Shown here piece by piece: positions 27,720-41,417 of a DNA stretch of 64,000 nt. Below the pieces are notes generated by a model. The model was not told the DNA's origin and ran no database searches. It saw only the letters and a program-made list of their open reading frames with translations. The stretch is taken from assembly GCA_030141605.1 (NCBI GenBank), contig JAQGDQ010000266.1, positions 124,001-188,000 of the forward strand, written 5' to 3'. The translations under genes were made by a program, and so were the position numbers. Position 1 is the first letter of the stretch, and every line of letters begins with the position of its first letter. Origin of the DNA: Tubiluchus corallicola (taxonomy: Eukaryota; Animalia; Priapulida).

Positions 27720-30700
27720 AGATGACGCCAGCAGGTCATGAATTTCCATAGTTACTAGATTTCAGCTTACCTTGCGACCATCGTTGTGAAATCTGATTCA
27801 ACAACTATATTCTTCACAGTCATGACGAAATGCAACCAGGTTATAAGTGAATCGTAGTTTCACAACATTGTAATTGCGCCTATGCTGTTACCTTATATTG
27901 TAGGTTGTTTTGACATACTTCGAGAACATTAACAGTGTACGTATTACAGTTGAATCAGTGGAAGTTGTGGCTTGTGTTCAAACTTTTCCAAAAGTCTTCA
28001 TATCAAAAATTATTTTAAAATGTGTTTAAGACATTTATAATAATCTGATTAATGTATTTTTGGGCTTTGGTTTTATTATAATAAACATCAACAGCCCAAC
28101 TAAAATACGTTGCGAACTAAGCACAAGTACCCATATAACTATTTTATTATTCGTCAATTGACATGAATATTTTCAACCCAGTTTTAACAATAATTATTAA
28201 CTTTACCTTGCTCACGATAACTTTTGTAATTTCCTCTAATCCTAGTCATAACCTGCACTCATTGCCAGCTCTTCTTACAAGCTGCCTGGCATTGTAACTA
28301 TAACTGTAACTGTAGGAAATAGGCTGATACTAATGTAAGCTATAAGCGAAATAAATAAAACTACAAACAAGTTGTTTTAATGCCAAATTTCGAAATGTTA
28401 TGCAACTTGCGCGAAATCGTATCGAGAAAATTTAAAGGACAAGCGTAAGAAAAGGAGATAAAAGAACAAACCTTATAGTTGTAGAATATTCTTATTAAAA
28501 ATAATAATTACCTTATAGTAGCACGTTAATGTATCTTGTAATTATTTTTTCTGTAATTAAATACAATTGTCAAATTATAATGAGAACGTGAGAGCAAAAG
28601 ATCAACAATCAAGCGTCAAAATTGGTCATTAATTTGATGTGTGATATTTCTTCACAGATTGTCCTTTTTGACATGGAAAATTGAAAACAAGGAACGTGAG
28701 TTGTAGTTCTCACACACAGTTTAGTTAATTTTCCTAAGATACAGATTAGAAGTAACACTCATTTTTGGTTTCCTTACTAATAATAACCTTCTACTTCGTG
28801 ATAATATGTAAAGTTCATCAAATTATAGGCTCTAATACATGGCTGTGTTTGTAGGTTTGTGAATGTCATACTAGTGTGAACACTTCTTCTTGTGCAAACT
28901 ATTTACAATGTTGCAGTAATTAAATGAGTAATTAAAAATCCCAAACCTCCTCAAGGTAGAAGCGCCACGCCCTACAGGCCCTGCAATGGACTAAATATCA
29001 CATTAACAGCTTTTTAGGAAGTGGTTCAGGGATAAACTTGCAAATTCTTGCTCACTGATGCTGTATTAAACATTTCTTACCGCTGTATTTAAGGAAGATG
29101 TTATCACGATCTCTGGTGATGAGTTCTAAAATGCTGACTGTTTCCTCGTAGTGGTCCTCCGTTTTGCTGCCGCCTCTGACCAGCTTCTCACATTTTCACA
29201 ACTTTATCTTACGTACATAACAAATGCTTGCAACTGAGTTTTTTCCTTGAGCATTTTACCGATAAGTTTTTACCTTTATTTCCTTGTTCATTACAACCTG
29301 ATTTGCTTGGAGGAAAACGCCAAAAGTTATTTCTAGCAAATGAGTTATAAAATTTGAACTACACCTATATACACAAACTTTACACATTCCAAATAAGTTG
29401 AATTGTTGGCTCAATGGGTATGATATCCAAATTGAATTTTGTGTATTCAAAATCAGGCCATCTGTTTTTGTAATGTAATGTAATGTAATGTAATGTAGTG
29501 TGTGTGCGTGCGTGCGTGCGTGTGTGCGTGCGTACGTGTGCGTGTGCGTGTGCGTGTCTATACTGCTACACTATTTCAGCAGTTAGTAGTGTGTGTTAGG
29601 TGATAGGAACCTCTCCTATTTTGTTCATGAATAAAAAAATTCAGAATCCTGACTCGCATTAATTTAGTCGAATTGTCACAAGGGTGATATTTATATAAAA
29701 TAATGTTCCCAGAATATGATATAAGCATAATCAGAACTTCCTTAAATTATTCTTCCAGTAAATTTCAGAAATGTGAAAACAGCTTTCCTTTGCAATGTTA
29801 AAACAATGTGTTCGGCAAACAGTGCCCACATAAATTTAGGTATTTAACAGTAGGGAAATATAAGCTTGTGTGGTAGGCAACTAAACATGGTAGGCAGCTG
29901 ATTATTTCAAACCTATAGGATTCCTAGTAACGATAATGTAGTGCTGCAAAATACTAGTGATTTTTAAGCAAGTTATCAAATAATGTGGTGAAAAGTAAGA
30001 AGTTGAATTAGTACAGTGCCCTGCATCAGAGGTCTTCTTATTGTTTATGATAAGAGCGGGTCCGGGCCGTACTTCATTATCAGAGTAAGTTCTCAAGATG
30101 TGCTACTGAATCAGCATAGTTCTTTTAGCCACTTTTAAATGCACATACAGCAGCATTCTTAGTAATTACTAATAATTGGAGCAGTATGGTCGATATTGTC
30201 ACCCTTCCACTTACTGACTGGCTTAGCGATGCTTTATTTCGGTTGTTTAATACATGCCATGACCACTTGGTTATTTTTGAAAAATGATTTTTGCTTCATT
30301 ACTAAACGCGAAATCTGTTTCAGTTCATTTTCTTCGTCCGTGGCATGTCATCGAATGTGTAATAGCTAAGAAATGTTTAGCCAGATTGGTTGTATATATT
30401 TGATAACCGTATGTTAGATAACTAAGCTATATGCGCTTTAATTTGCCCTATTTGATTTGCGCAGTTGGAAAAATAATCCTTGTACAGTTAACCAAACTTT
30501 ATGTAAATCTTATTATACAGACATTTATGTTATGAATAGTATTGTTGAACACGCTACTAAACATATTTACTTCAATTGATCTGAATGATTTTTGCTAATT
30601 TTTTTCTTGACAAAGTTTCGCTTAGCCTGAACAACAATGCTTTATAACCTGTTTACTCATGCAGCTCACATATAATTTTATGTTTTAAAATTTTAGTGCC

Positions 30701-31415
30701 AGTACACGTTGTTGTCAAGTTTGTTTCTTAGCTACAGTAGTAATGTCTCGCTTGCCAGGTATGATGTTCCGATGTGGTACTTTTGCCCGCCTTCAAATAT
30801 TAATTATGTAATTTATAAATTCAATGCTTTCCGTGGGAATGATATGTCTCTAATTTATAAAACAATGTTTTTATTTATGTGTAATTTTGTTTGCTTCCTG
30901 CTAAAAAGCGAAAAATCAACTATAATTGTATTTTATGTAATTATTTTGGCGTCCACGTCATTCAAGTTGCTTATTTTTTGATGTGTTGATTAAATAAACG
31001 ATTATTATTACGAGGTGTTTTCTTTTTGCTTATCCAGATAGTGTATGAAGGTGCTTGCAGGCAAGGCAGGAGATAAACTTGTAAATGCGTCATGTAGACC
31101 TAGTCCTGTTTTGGCATTGGTTTAATAGAAGGTATTGCGAGCACGTTAGCTGGGTAAAGCGACAACTAATGTTCCAAACATGATACTGAAAAATAAAAAG
31201 GCCAATTGGCATGAAAAATTTAAACAAACTTTATTTGCGCGTGCGTGTGTGTTTTAACCAATGGCCTAAAACTGCAAATGGGTTGAACGCAATTCACTCT
31301 ACGGTTTTTCAGAAAATGACGCAAAACAATAGCTTTCTAGATGTTTTACTAGTAGTAGAGTGTTAGTTCAATGGGTCAAACAAAGCATGAAAATAGAACT
31401 GTTTGTCACGAATGC

Positions 31416-31422
31416 TATAAAA
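31416..31422 (+). promoter_or_regulatory. Candidate TATA box of LRR gene A
   Basis: TATAAAA about 35 nt upstream of the ATG at 31458. AT-rich background makes chance occurrence possible. Confidence 0.35.
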
Positions 31423-31457
31423 CCTATAAGAGGTAAATATTCTTTTTTGCTCAAAAA

Positions 31458-32121
31458 ATGTGTGTTGTGAGGTCAAAATATGCCTTCTTAAGCCTAGGAT
31501 TGCTATTTGTTTTATTTGGAATACTCTGTTTTGATGTGTCATGCTTCTCTTTTAACATAGAATCTTCTGAAAACCTGGGCCAACTTCGTCCACTGCGTGA
31601 GATAACGAATGCGTGTGGTAGGCCCCTGAAACTCCTCTGCGCCTACCAGATGACATTTCCTTGCAGAATGTCATGTGGAGAAAAGCGTTCGTTATATTTT
31701 ATTGACCTGCAGCTTATTCACAGTACTTTAGGTTACTTCATAGAGTCACTGGTATTGCAAAACATTAAAGAAAAACAACTACCAAAAGGGTTCCTAGGAG
31801 GGAGAGTAATCGACAATTTGACTCTTGAAAATACGTCATTGGAAGTGATTCATGAATTTGATCTCACAGCGAGTGTACAAATTATCAAGCTTGTCGGAAA
31901 TGAACGATTGAGGATAATTGCGGAAAGAGTTTTTTTCTACATGAAAAACCTTAAACAGGTCAACGTAGAACATGCTATGAAATTAGAAAAGGCCGATCTG
32001 GACCTGACCACAAATACGGTCTTTAAAACATTGGTGATTCAGCGCACAGCGTTGACGTACATGAGAAGAGTCATTTTAAGTGTAACTACTCATCCTTCAT
32101 CGGTTTCTTTCTTATTGACTG
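31458..32121 (+). CDS. LRR cell-surface protein gene A, exon 1 (signal peptide, 4-Cys N-cap, atypical LRRs)
   Basis: ATG, hydrophobic leader (AFLSLGLLFVLFGILCF), CGx7Cx7Cx3CG cap, LRR-like repeats (e.g. LRIIAERVFFYMKNLKQVNVE); donor G|gtaagg, phase 1. Confidence 0.85.
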
Positions 32122-32873
32122 GTAAGGAAATGTGAACCATATATTCTTAAAAACGTATTTAAGATTGATCCTCTAATAGAATTAGAATTATAGTCTGAAT
32201 TAGGCCAATCTCAGCTGCTGCAGGTGTTCGCATGTTTTTTTGAAGTTGAGGTTAATATTGAAATAGAGATCTTGTAATTCTTCTTAATTTACTTTTGCCA
32301 TATTTCATTATATGTATCTAAGTGAAACGTGTAATCTTGATTCTCATCGGTTCGTTCTATCGTGAAACGCATTTCATTACTTCACATTTTTCTTTGACTT
32401 GTCACAACCAAGTAACGGCGACTAATGAGTGACTTCATAAGCTCGTCTAAATTTAATTCGTTTATTTATCATCAAAACATCAGTTAGTTTTGTTGTTTGC
32501 AAAATATAAATCATATAAATGTAGCAATTCTTTTAGCAGCTGTAATTCAAGAAAATTCCATAAATTTAATACCACTTTCATAATTTTAAAATTATTGATT
32601 ACCTGTATTTTTTATTTCACGTGAATTCTGTTCTAATAAGCAAATAGGACGATCAATGGCCTTCATATGTTGTGTACGCACATTAACACATATGTTAGGT
32701 ACTTTTACCTCAAAGTAGAGCATTAAAACCATGCTTCTTGATGTTGGACAACTATGAACTTGGTCGTTTGCCATATTTTTTTCTGTTGTTGTTTACGCTA
32801 TCTGATTTCTGTTATACTGCATATGCGTGTTGCATTTGGTTTCTAACTAAAGAGTCGATGCAAGTCGGTTTGT

Positions 32874-33265
32874 ACACAAGAGTCTCGGGGCAGTAAATCC
32901 CTTCGAGCTAAGATTTGCAGTTTCAATGACGTCATGATAAATGAGGCTCGTGAGCCATTCAAGCGCTTAGTGAGGCTCCTGAAGATTCGCTCACCTTTGA
33001 TTATCGCATCATTAACTATATTTATTTCTTAGCTCGCAGGTTTTTCAATTATGTGTTTGTATACTAGTGACAAAGTAAGTTTTTCTTTTCTATTCAGATT
33101 TTTAAGCCAACACTTATTACTCTCTTTAAGTATGCCAAGCTTTCCACATCAAGTTCTGTGATACTTATCTAAGCTTACATAAGTGCTATTGATGAAACAT
33201 TTTTTTTAGTATATTGATGCAAATAGAGAAAGTGTAAGGATATAATGACCCGAGAACTCTTGTGT
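32874..33265. mobile_element. Non-autonomous element bounded by about 30-bp imperfect inverted repeats, in the gene A intron
   Basis: acacaagagtctcggggcagtaaatccctt versus the reverse complement of the right end, acacaagagttctcgggtcattatatcctt. Confidence 0.55.
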
Positions 33266-34775
33266 TTGTACCGGTAGATCTGGTGACTGTATCACATAGA
33301 TCTGGAATCAAGAAAAGCACAACTACGAAAGAACAACTCAAATGCCACGATGGGAAGTTGATACAGAAGCAGCTTTTAGAACCACCAAAAAGCTTTCTTG
33401 CTTATTAAAACGAAAAACCAAAGCTCTCGGGAAGTTGAACTTCAGTATTTCAATAAATGAGAAAATTTTTCGCCCAAAGTTTAAGCAATAAAACTGTTAG
33501 AAGCTACTTGTGCAATTAGTAAAATCAATTTAAAGTCGTGGTCATATCACGCTCGGGTGGGCTCATTATGAACGAAAATGACGTCATTCAGTTACAGTCA
33601 TAGAATTAGATTGCAATTTCAATACCTATCCCGCCAGGTACTTGAACAAACGTTTTTATAACCCTAGTTGCAATTATAAACTATAAACAATCCAAATCGT
33701 TAAAACAATGAGTGATTATTAGTAATGTTTTTATGAATCCCATTTCCCATTATACCATGAAAAACAGTTGCTGGTGGTAGTATTATAATCTGATTTATCC
33801 CACAAAGTAACAGAGTAATTAGTTTAACAAGCTAAAACTGAATTCTAAACTAACTAATCCGCCTAGCAACTGCTATATCCTCGCAGCTGAAAGTCAACAA
33901 ATCAAATCATTCAATCAATAAATACAACAAACAACTGTAATTTGATTATGCACATTTTCAACAGTACTTGCGTATTCTTAAAGAATAATCTTGTGGATCT
34001 AAGTCTTATATGCACTTTAAGGTTGTTGCTAATTGAACCCCTGACTAATTTTTTCATAAGCATAACGCTAAAATAGCGGAACTTCTGCGTAAACTGCACA
34101 AGTTTTGCTACTCGTTCTTGCCACGCTGTTCACCGTCTTATGTTATTTTACTTTCAAATCTTCCCGCTGCGAGGTTCGTTTGGTGTAAGGTAAGAATGAT
34201 TTAAATTTCTTTTGCATTTTTAGGCAAAGCATTTTATGCGCGTAAACTGTGTAGTAATTTTAATATTTTTAATTGTATATTAAAATACAACGAATGATGT
34301 TCAAGAGTTGGTTTTTCTTTCAGCCTAAATGCTAGATCTTGTGGAAGTGAATGTTAGATTGCATAACGAAGAAAGTTAATTAAAAGGTATCTGAACTACT
34401 GAAAATTGTCAAGAACTTTTTCAATACATACCACGAAGAACGGTTTTACCCTTAAAAGTTTACCAAACAATTGTACGGTGTAGTTCTCAATCGGTTAGGA
34501 ATAAAGACCTTGGAGCAAATGAGCAAGATTGACCACTCAACATACAGGCAAACCAACTGAACTCACTTGAATCTACAGCCTCAATTATGAATGAACCGGC
34601 GTCGAATTCTGGTTCTCTGACATTTATTAAAAGAACATTATAGAATCTAGTGGCGGCCATTGTAGCACTTCGAGGACGTTGTAGAATATCCGTTCAAACA
34701 TCAGAGAATGTCTGCTGAATAAGCAAAGCTCAGCCATATTATAACGTTATGCATAATTCTTTTTTACGTTTTTAG

Positions 34776-35026
34776 ATAACAAGTTTAACTGCAGCTGTGA
34801 GATGGTTTGGCTAATTGACAAGAAGTGGAGAGAAAGCGTTTTTGATTGTCATAATCCACCAATAAAGCACGCAGAAAAAGTAATGAAGTACGGCAGCTTT
34901 GGCTGTCAGAAAGAGAAACATTGGTTGATGACATGGGATCCATCAGGCACTACTGGGAACAGTTCACAACATTTAGTCTCTGCAGTGCTCTTTCTTCTCT
35001 GCCTATTAATGAATACGGTGCTGTAA
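34776..35026 (+). CDS. LRR gene A, exon 2 (LRRCT cap + GPI-like hydrophobic tail); spliced product 304 aa
   Basis: tttttag acceptor, phase-compatible; DNKFNCSCEMVW...DCHNPPIKH...FGC, then GTTGNSS and LVSAVLFLLCLLMNTVL*. Confidence 0.85.
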
Positions 35027-35486
35027 TTTTTATTGTGCTTCCAAGTTGTTCTAAAATTAATTCATAGTCGCCACGCAATGATTTTTATGGATACCAAAGG
35101 ATGTGAACAAATACAAAAAAACTAAAAAATAAACAACTTGAATTGAACAGCAAAACGAAACCATTGGAGTAGGTATATTTTTTAATGTAGGCTTTGTTAC
35201 ACTTACCTCATGCATATAATTTGAATCTATCTCTCTGACCTTATTAAAGTAAAAATATTTTGTACAAAAAATAAAAATGAATTCAATATCTGTCTTCTAA
35301 ATCGTAGCATCAGCGTAATAAACGAAATGTTTGCTTCGGCTTTCTTTTAATTAGCATAATATTTCATTATCATAGTAGCCCAATAATAAATCCTACTACA
35401 ACTTTCCTCGCTAGCCCGCGGGTCTAAAATATTTTTCCATTGCTACAGTAGAAAGGCCATAAATCCTTTTTTATCTTACATCAACT

Positions 35487-35828
35487 TATTATTATTGTTA
35501 TTGTTATTGTTATTGTTATTGTTATTGTTATTGTTATTGTTATTGTTATTGTTATTGTTATTGTTATTGTTATTGTTATTGTTATTGTTATTGTTATTGT
35601 TATTGTTATTGTTATTGTTATTGTTATTGTTATTGTTATTGTTATTGTTATTGTTATTGTTATTGTTATTGTTATTGTTATTTTTATTGTTATTGTTATT
35701 GTTATTGTTATTGTTATTGTTATTGTTATTGTTATTGTTATTGTTATTGTTATTGTTATTGTTATTGTTATTGTTATTGTTATTGTTATTGTTATTATTG
35801 TTGTTGTTGGTGGTGGTGGTGTTGTTGT
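35487..35828. repeat. (TTATTG)n / (TTG)n microsatellite
   Basis: Direct reading; abuts the LINE RT fragment. Confidence 0.97.
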
Positions 35829-35829
35829 C

Positions 35830-36590
35830 TGTATTGACAAATAAGTATAACTTATTGTCATTTTCAGTATTGTTAATTGTTGGGGATAATACCATAAATT
35901 CTGTTTTGTCACTATTCATTTTAGCTTATAATAATTAAATGCCATGTTCATATTCTTTATGCCTTTTTCTAAGTACTGTTTTGCAATGCTGATATTCTCG
36001 TGAGCCAGATAAATAGTCGTGTCGTCTGCATATTGCGTAATACTTGAATGTTGTAGAACGTTAGAAATATTGTTGATGTAAAGGTTAAACAGTAGAGGTC
36101 CCAACAGTGTGCCCTGAGGGATACCTCGTTGAAGGTCAGCCCAATCTGAGAATGTTGTAGAGTTTATTTTAACCCGCTGCTTTCTATTTTGTAGGTAATC
36201 ATTAATTAATTTTAATGCTGATTGTTCAAATCCAAGTTCTTTCAAATTATCTAATAGTAGTGTGTGATTTAAACTGTCAAAAAGCTGCTGCCACATATTT
36301 GTTTTTATCAAGATTATCTCGCCAGTTTTCAGTTACGTTTATTACAGCATCGACAGTTGAATGTTTTTTTCTAAATCCGAATTGATGTTTCGATAAGAGT
36401 TCATTTTGATTGACATATGTAATAATTTGATTATAGATTACTCTTTCCCAAATTTTACTCATACAATAAACTATTGATACTGGTCTGTAATTTATTGGTT
36501 CATCTTTAGCATTCTTTTTGTGGATTGGTGTAATATTAGCTATTTTGTATTGATCAGGAAATTTGCCACACATTATTATTTGGTTAGTGA
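35830..36590 (-). mobile_element. L2/CR1-group LINE reverse transcriptase fragment (frameshifted)
   Basis: PIHKK...NYRPVSI, QFGFRKKHST, GIPQGTLLGPLLFNLYIN, YADDT, LKMNSDKTEFM. Confidence 0.92.
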
Positions 36591-36599
36591 TATAGATTA

Positions 36600-37080
36600 T
36601 ATGTAGAGCAATTAAATGCATTCTGTCATTGCACGATTCACATTTGAAGTAGTACACCACATTAGATTGAATGAACTTTTGGACAACGGATTTCAGCAGA
36701 GGTAGTCCAGATCTCAACATCTCAGTTGCCTTCACAGTACTGGCATCTGGTGCTAACAGCTTAACGCCATCCATCTTGGTGCTATCCGCTTGATACAGCC
36801 TCTGTATAGAATTTTTAGGAACTGAGGCCGTTTTGTTTTACTTGTGTCTGCTGGAATCTGGTTGTTGGGAAACACCCGAAGTTGTTAGTTTAGGTACTAG
36901 GCCCTGCTGTACTGAACTCCCGTTTTATAAAACTTTCAGGGCATTGGTAATTTTGTAAACGCTTAGGAAATTTATCCAGATCAACTTTAAAGATGTTGTC
37001 ACCGCTAGCTATTTTGTAAAGTAAGTGAACCCTTCCGCGACCAACTAGTGTTACTGAAGTTTCGGTCTAATTTTGGTCTC
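36600..37080 (-). mobile_element. Penelope-like retroelement fragment (RT thumb to GIY-YIG start)
   Basis: LPLLKSVVQKFIQSNVVYYFKCESCND matches the Penelope SxVVYxxxCxxC motif; DLDKFPKRLQNYQCPESFI upstream resembles ELxxIxxxLxxNxYPxxFI. Confidence 0.6.
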
Positions 37081-37465
37081 AAAATCACAAATATAAAGGA
37101 ACAATAACTTAAGGACATGACAATATGGTAAGATTTCATCATTTAAAAGAACAATCTTTCGCATTTAATTTTGTACATGAAGCCGAAAGGTGGGCCGAAT
37201 CAAAACCTACAAATTGCATTTCATATTAATTTGAGAAGAGCCTTGAGGCTAGGCCTAAATGTTTGTGAATTAAAAATAAAATGGTACAGCTTTCTGATGA
37301 GCCGCGTGTGTGACAATGCCTAAACTTTAATTAATATATTCTTATTCATTAAAACCAATGACTTTCTAAATAAAACTATTATTACTATTTTTCTGAATCA
37401 ATCCTTACAAGCATAGTTGCGAAACTGCTAGTCTGAGCTGAACAATGACAATAATACCAGAAATT

Positions 37466-37731
37466 TTAATTGAAAGACGGGAAATGACAAGAATAACCAC
37501 CAGTCACTACAAAAACATACGTCATGAATGAAGGTAAGATTGCTGTTCTTGGTGTTGAACCCGATGTGGGGCTTACGGTCGTGGTGTTGAGAGGTCCCGC
37601 GCAAATCATCTCTTCGAGCTTGATTGGATTGTGGTCGTGGTCCCTCGGCGGATGGGCGCAGTCGAGCGACCATGACTGCCATTTTGTTTCTATAACCCAT
37701 CTCATTGTACAGTCGCAATTTACGGGACTTT
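37466..37731 (-). CDS. LRR gene B, exon 3 (LRRCT, Thr/Ser/Pro stalk, hydrophobic tail); three-exon product 530 aa
   Basis: tttctatag acceptor, phase-compatible; SPVNCDCTMRW...DCAHPPRDH...C; TTTVSPTSGSTP stalk. Confidence 0.8.
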
Positions 37732-38340
37732 CTATAGAAATAAAACAGACAGGTAACTCCAATAAATTAAATTGATGGACTAGATGCCACGGGATCAATT
37801 ACACGCATTTGTGCCGTAGTTGCATTTATACAGCACTGGATGAACTAAGCATGAAGAATATATTTCTTGTCTCTTGGCATGAGTGTTAGTAACTACGAAC
37901 AGACACAAAAAATAATAAAATAATAATTTACTAGCAAAGGCCCCGCAAAAATTTTGTGTATAAATTCACTTATAATCAATAATACTCGAACATCCTACAT
38001 AATCTCCATTTATAACGCAAAGCTATCAGCTTTTACTGTATTAAAGTTATAAGGTTATAAGCAGAGTATAATGGATGGCGTCAGAACAATGGCTTTGCAT
38101 GGCGTCAGAACAATGGAGTCTTCCAAGCGAAAAATGCCAGAAATGGAACCTCCAATCAACTCGAAACAGCTCCCAATGGTGGAGACGTCCTAAAATACAG
38201 CCCACACCATCGTGTAGCCTTGTTACTCCTCTTTCTAAAGAGCTATATGTCTCCGTTCGAGAGTGGCACCAGGACGCCTCCAGAATGTTTCTTATATATA
38301 TATAATTAATATATGTGGACTATATATTAATATATATGTG

Positions 38341-38388
<48 letters not shown>

Positions 38389-40872
38389 CCCATACCACCG
38401 AAATTAAACTATATGATGTGATTATATACAGGTCCTTGTTCTTAGATATTCGTGCGTTCGTTAAACTGTTCTTGCATATCTACGGTTGTAACGTGCATGG
38501 CAGCTTCCGACATGAACAGACTCGTGTAGTAGTTTACGTCGTGTGAGTGTGGTGTTTGTTCAGTTAGTGGTGTCTTTTGGTTGGTCATCCCAGTTGCAGA
38601 GTTTGAAAAGACAAAACAAACCCCAATCATTTTTGGCTCTTCAATGCTGCGCATATCTCAATATGTATTCTACCTTTTGTTCAAATGTGGAAGTAAAATA
38701 ATATTAATAATAAAAAGATCTTTTTTATAGCCTGTAAACGATAATGACTATTAGCCATGGTTAGTAAATACTGCGGGAGGGCCAGTTTAATCGCTTGTAA
38801 TAATAGCTATAGGAAGCCAGCGTATACCAACGATTACTACTACTCTCGCAGGTATCGAAAAGAGGTCATCAACTTTATCAGTTATAACGTATGGTGACTT
38901 TGTCCATGAGGTCAGAAATTATTGGCCAACTTGAGTAGGCAGATGCTTTTTGGTGGTAGATATTTCCACACTGTTTGGTGACAAGTAAGACTTTGTCTCA
39001 TTGCTGTAATCGTATCTTTGGAAAGTGCTATGAGCGTACCGACAAACCGTTGAGAGCCGAATCCACGTTTGAGGTGACGAGGCACCCCCAGAACGGTACA
39101 ATAACCGAGAGACCGTAAGTTGCACAATTTAGTATTTGCTTGCCTGATGGTAGCGGTTGCGTGGAAGCTGGACTTAACCTCCTTGCTGTTCAAGAAATTA
39201 ATGGTGACATGAAGAGACACTGAGCTGCAACCTCATCATAGAGGCGCCCTACGTTCTCCATGGTGCCTTGCTAAGTGAGATAATGCCGGTTGATCATTAC
39301 AGCGCTAGCGAGAACTAAATCATTTGGGGTGACGTGTAGTTACCCCCTTTTAGTTATGTTTAGCTGTTGTGTATTATTTGCCAATTTATTTGTTAGTTTA
39401 TTGACTTGATACTGTAAGTCCAAGGCTTAAAGGGTTTTGTCTATTTTGTGAATACGGTGAAAGGTAAACATATTTAGCTCATGCAAAAGTAGTTAAATTA
39501 GTGTTTGATTAGTGATAGTGATTCTTTTACATATATTTTCTTTGTTGTTGTTTAATAATTATTTCTACAAAATTTATGCAATTGGTGTTCGTGCATATTA
39601 GTTGCCTATGCATTGTCGTTCGCATTACCACAATGATTGCAACGAATTACTCCAAGCAAAATAAACTGCACATCCCACATCCCTCTGCTCAATAGACAGG
39701 CCCCTAGACTGCCTATAAGCTTGCCACTGTCTGGAGCTGACAGGTAGATGATTAGTCCCCCCCCCCACTTTTTTAGCTCGGTCAGGCCAGTCAACTTGTT
39801 ATCCAGCGACTACCTTCGATCAAACAACCTACCCCCCAATCGTCAGGTAGTTACAACGGTATATGTAGGTAAATTTTCACAATAATTACTTTTGGATTAC
39901 TCGCTTGCAAATAACTACATAGAACAGTTTCTTTTCGTCCTAATTTTGGTCTTGTTCATGTAATACAGACTTTGATATCTACTCACTGTAAATTGCCTGC
40001 TAAATTTTCATGAATGTGGATTCTACTTCAGTTTCCTAACAGCTAACTTATTAGCATCATTTCAGAATCAGTAAGGGACAAATTGGCTTTCCCATTACTT
40101 GGGTTCACCAGTACACATCCTAGTAGTCTTTCATACACAAATGTTAACACAAAAAGATATTTCTTTACATCTAGCTTCTTTACCTTAAGAAATTATGCTT
40201 TATATGTCCGTTTTAATTGTGTGAATGACTTACATAGCGAGAGAGAGGAAAAGAAGCAGGGAGGACAGAGAGAAAGAAAAAGAAGCAAAAGAAAGATAAA
40301 AGACAGAGGGGAGAGAGGAAGCTAGGGGAAAGTAAGAAGGGGGGAGAGAGTAAATCATAACGCAAAACAGATTCATGACAACAGTAAACAGTATTCTAAA
40401 ACGGACTATGGCAACTGTAAATAGTTCTAAATGACATATTCCGGCAGTTGAGCAGAAAAACCTAGATAAGCGAGTACCCAATGCTTTGCGTTCGGCACTA
40501 GCTTGTGAAGAAATTGTCGCTATTAGCTGACGCACAGCTAAACGGCAAATAGTCCTACTATTAACATGTTAAAAATAATAAACTATATAAGTGTCCGAAC
40601 TCTCAAGATCTAAATACTAAATTTCATTATAACAGTTCAAATCACAAATCATACTATTCACAATGACGCATTCCCTATCAAAGTTACATGTAAAAGGTAA
40701 TTTTAAAGCTGTTAAAAGTGAAAAAATTTCTCTAACCTAAAAATGATTTTCAGTAAAACGGTAACGTGACCAAAAGCAGTGGATTTTAACTGTACACAGC
40801 TGCTGAGATTTGTTAACAACGAGTTATTCATTACAACGTTCAACGTTCTTGTAACGTAGACTAAATAAGTAA

Positions 40873-41104
40873 TGGCTCGTTCAGATGTAGATACTTCTCT
40901 CGCAACTTGTTGCGCAACTTCCCTCTGGGAATAAAGTTGCACATGTAAACGGTTTGGCAACTTATCACGCAACTTATTACAAACACAGCAAGAGTTAACT
41001 TGCGCGATAAGTTGCGAGAGAAGTTGCCAAGTCGTTCACACGTGCAACTTTACTCTCAGAGAGAAGTTGCGCAACGTGAGAACTCTCTACGTCTGAACGC
41101 GCCA
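40873..41104. mobile_element. Palindromic PIF/Harbinger (Tourist-like) MITE, in gene B intron 2
   Basis: About 100-bp imperfect TIRs (tggctcgttcagatgtaga / tctacgtctgaacgcgcca); TAA on both sides. Confidence 0.8.
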
Positions 41105-41417
41105 TAAGATGAAGAAATAAAATCGAATAACCAAAAATTTGTCAAATCAACATGCTGATTTATGTTTAGCCGCATGTTCTAATTAATATGAGATAAAAAA
41201 AAGTGGGTGTAAGCTTAGAAATCTATCCAAATCAGCGATACCCAGGCCCAGAAGAAGATAAAGTACTGACACACATTTTACTTAATTTCGATTTTGATCT
41301 AGGCCCATTTTCAGTGGTAAGTAACCCCCCCCCGCGCGCTCCAAAATAAGGTACGTTTGGTTGAACTCTTGAGCTTCGCGATATTAAAAATGTTAAACAA
41401 GTAGTAATGTCACATAC

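Noticed and set aside
29090-29450. Exon-like minus-strand segment ending in G|gtaag
   Set aside because: Frames are interrupted, with no clear acceptor or recognisable domain.
29902-30096. RPGPALIINNKK resembling the first strand of a caspase p20 domain
   Set aside because: No catalytic SHG or QACRG motifs and no supporting exons found nearby.
31402-31412. tttgtcacgaa shared with 47380-47390 upstream of gene B
   Set aside because: An 11-mer at a different distance and orientation, not seen upstream of C or D.
35476-35938. Poly-N, poly-L and poly-IT ORFs
   Set aside because: Microsatellite translations.
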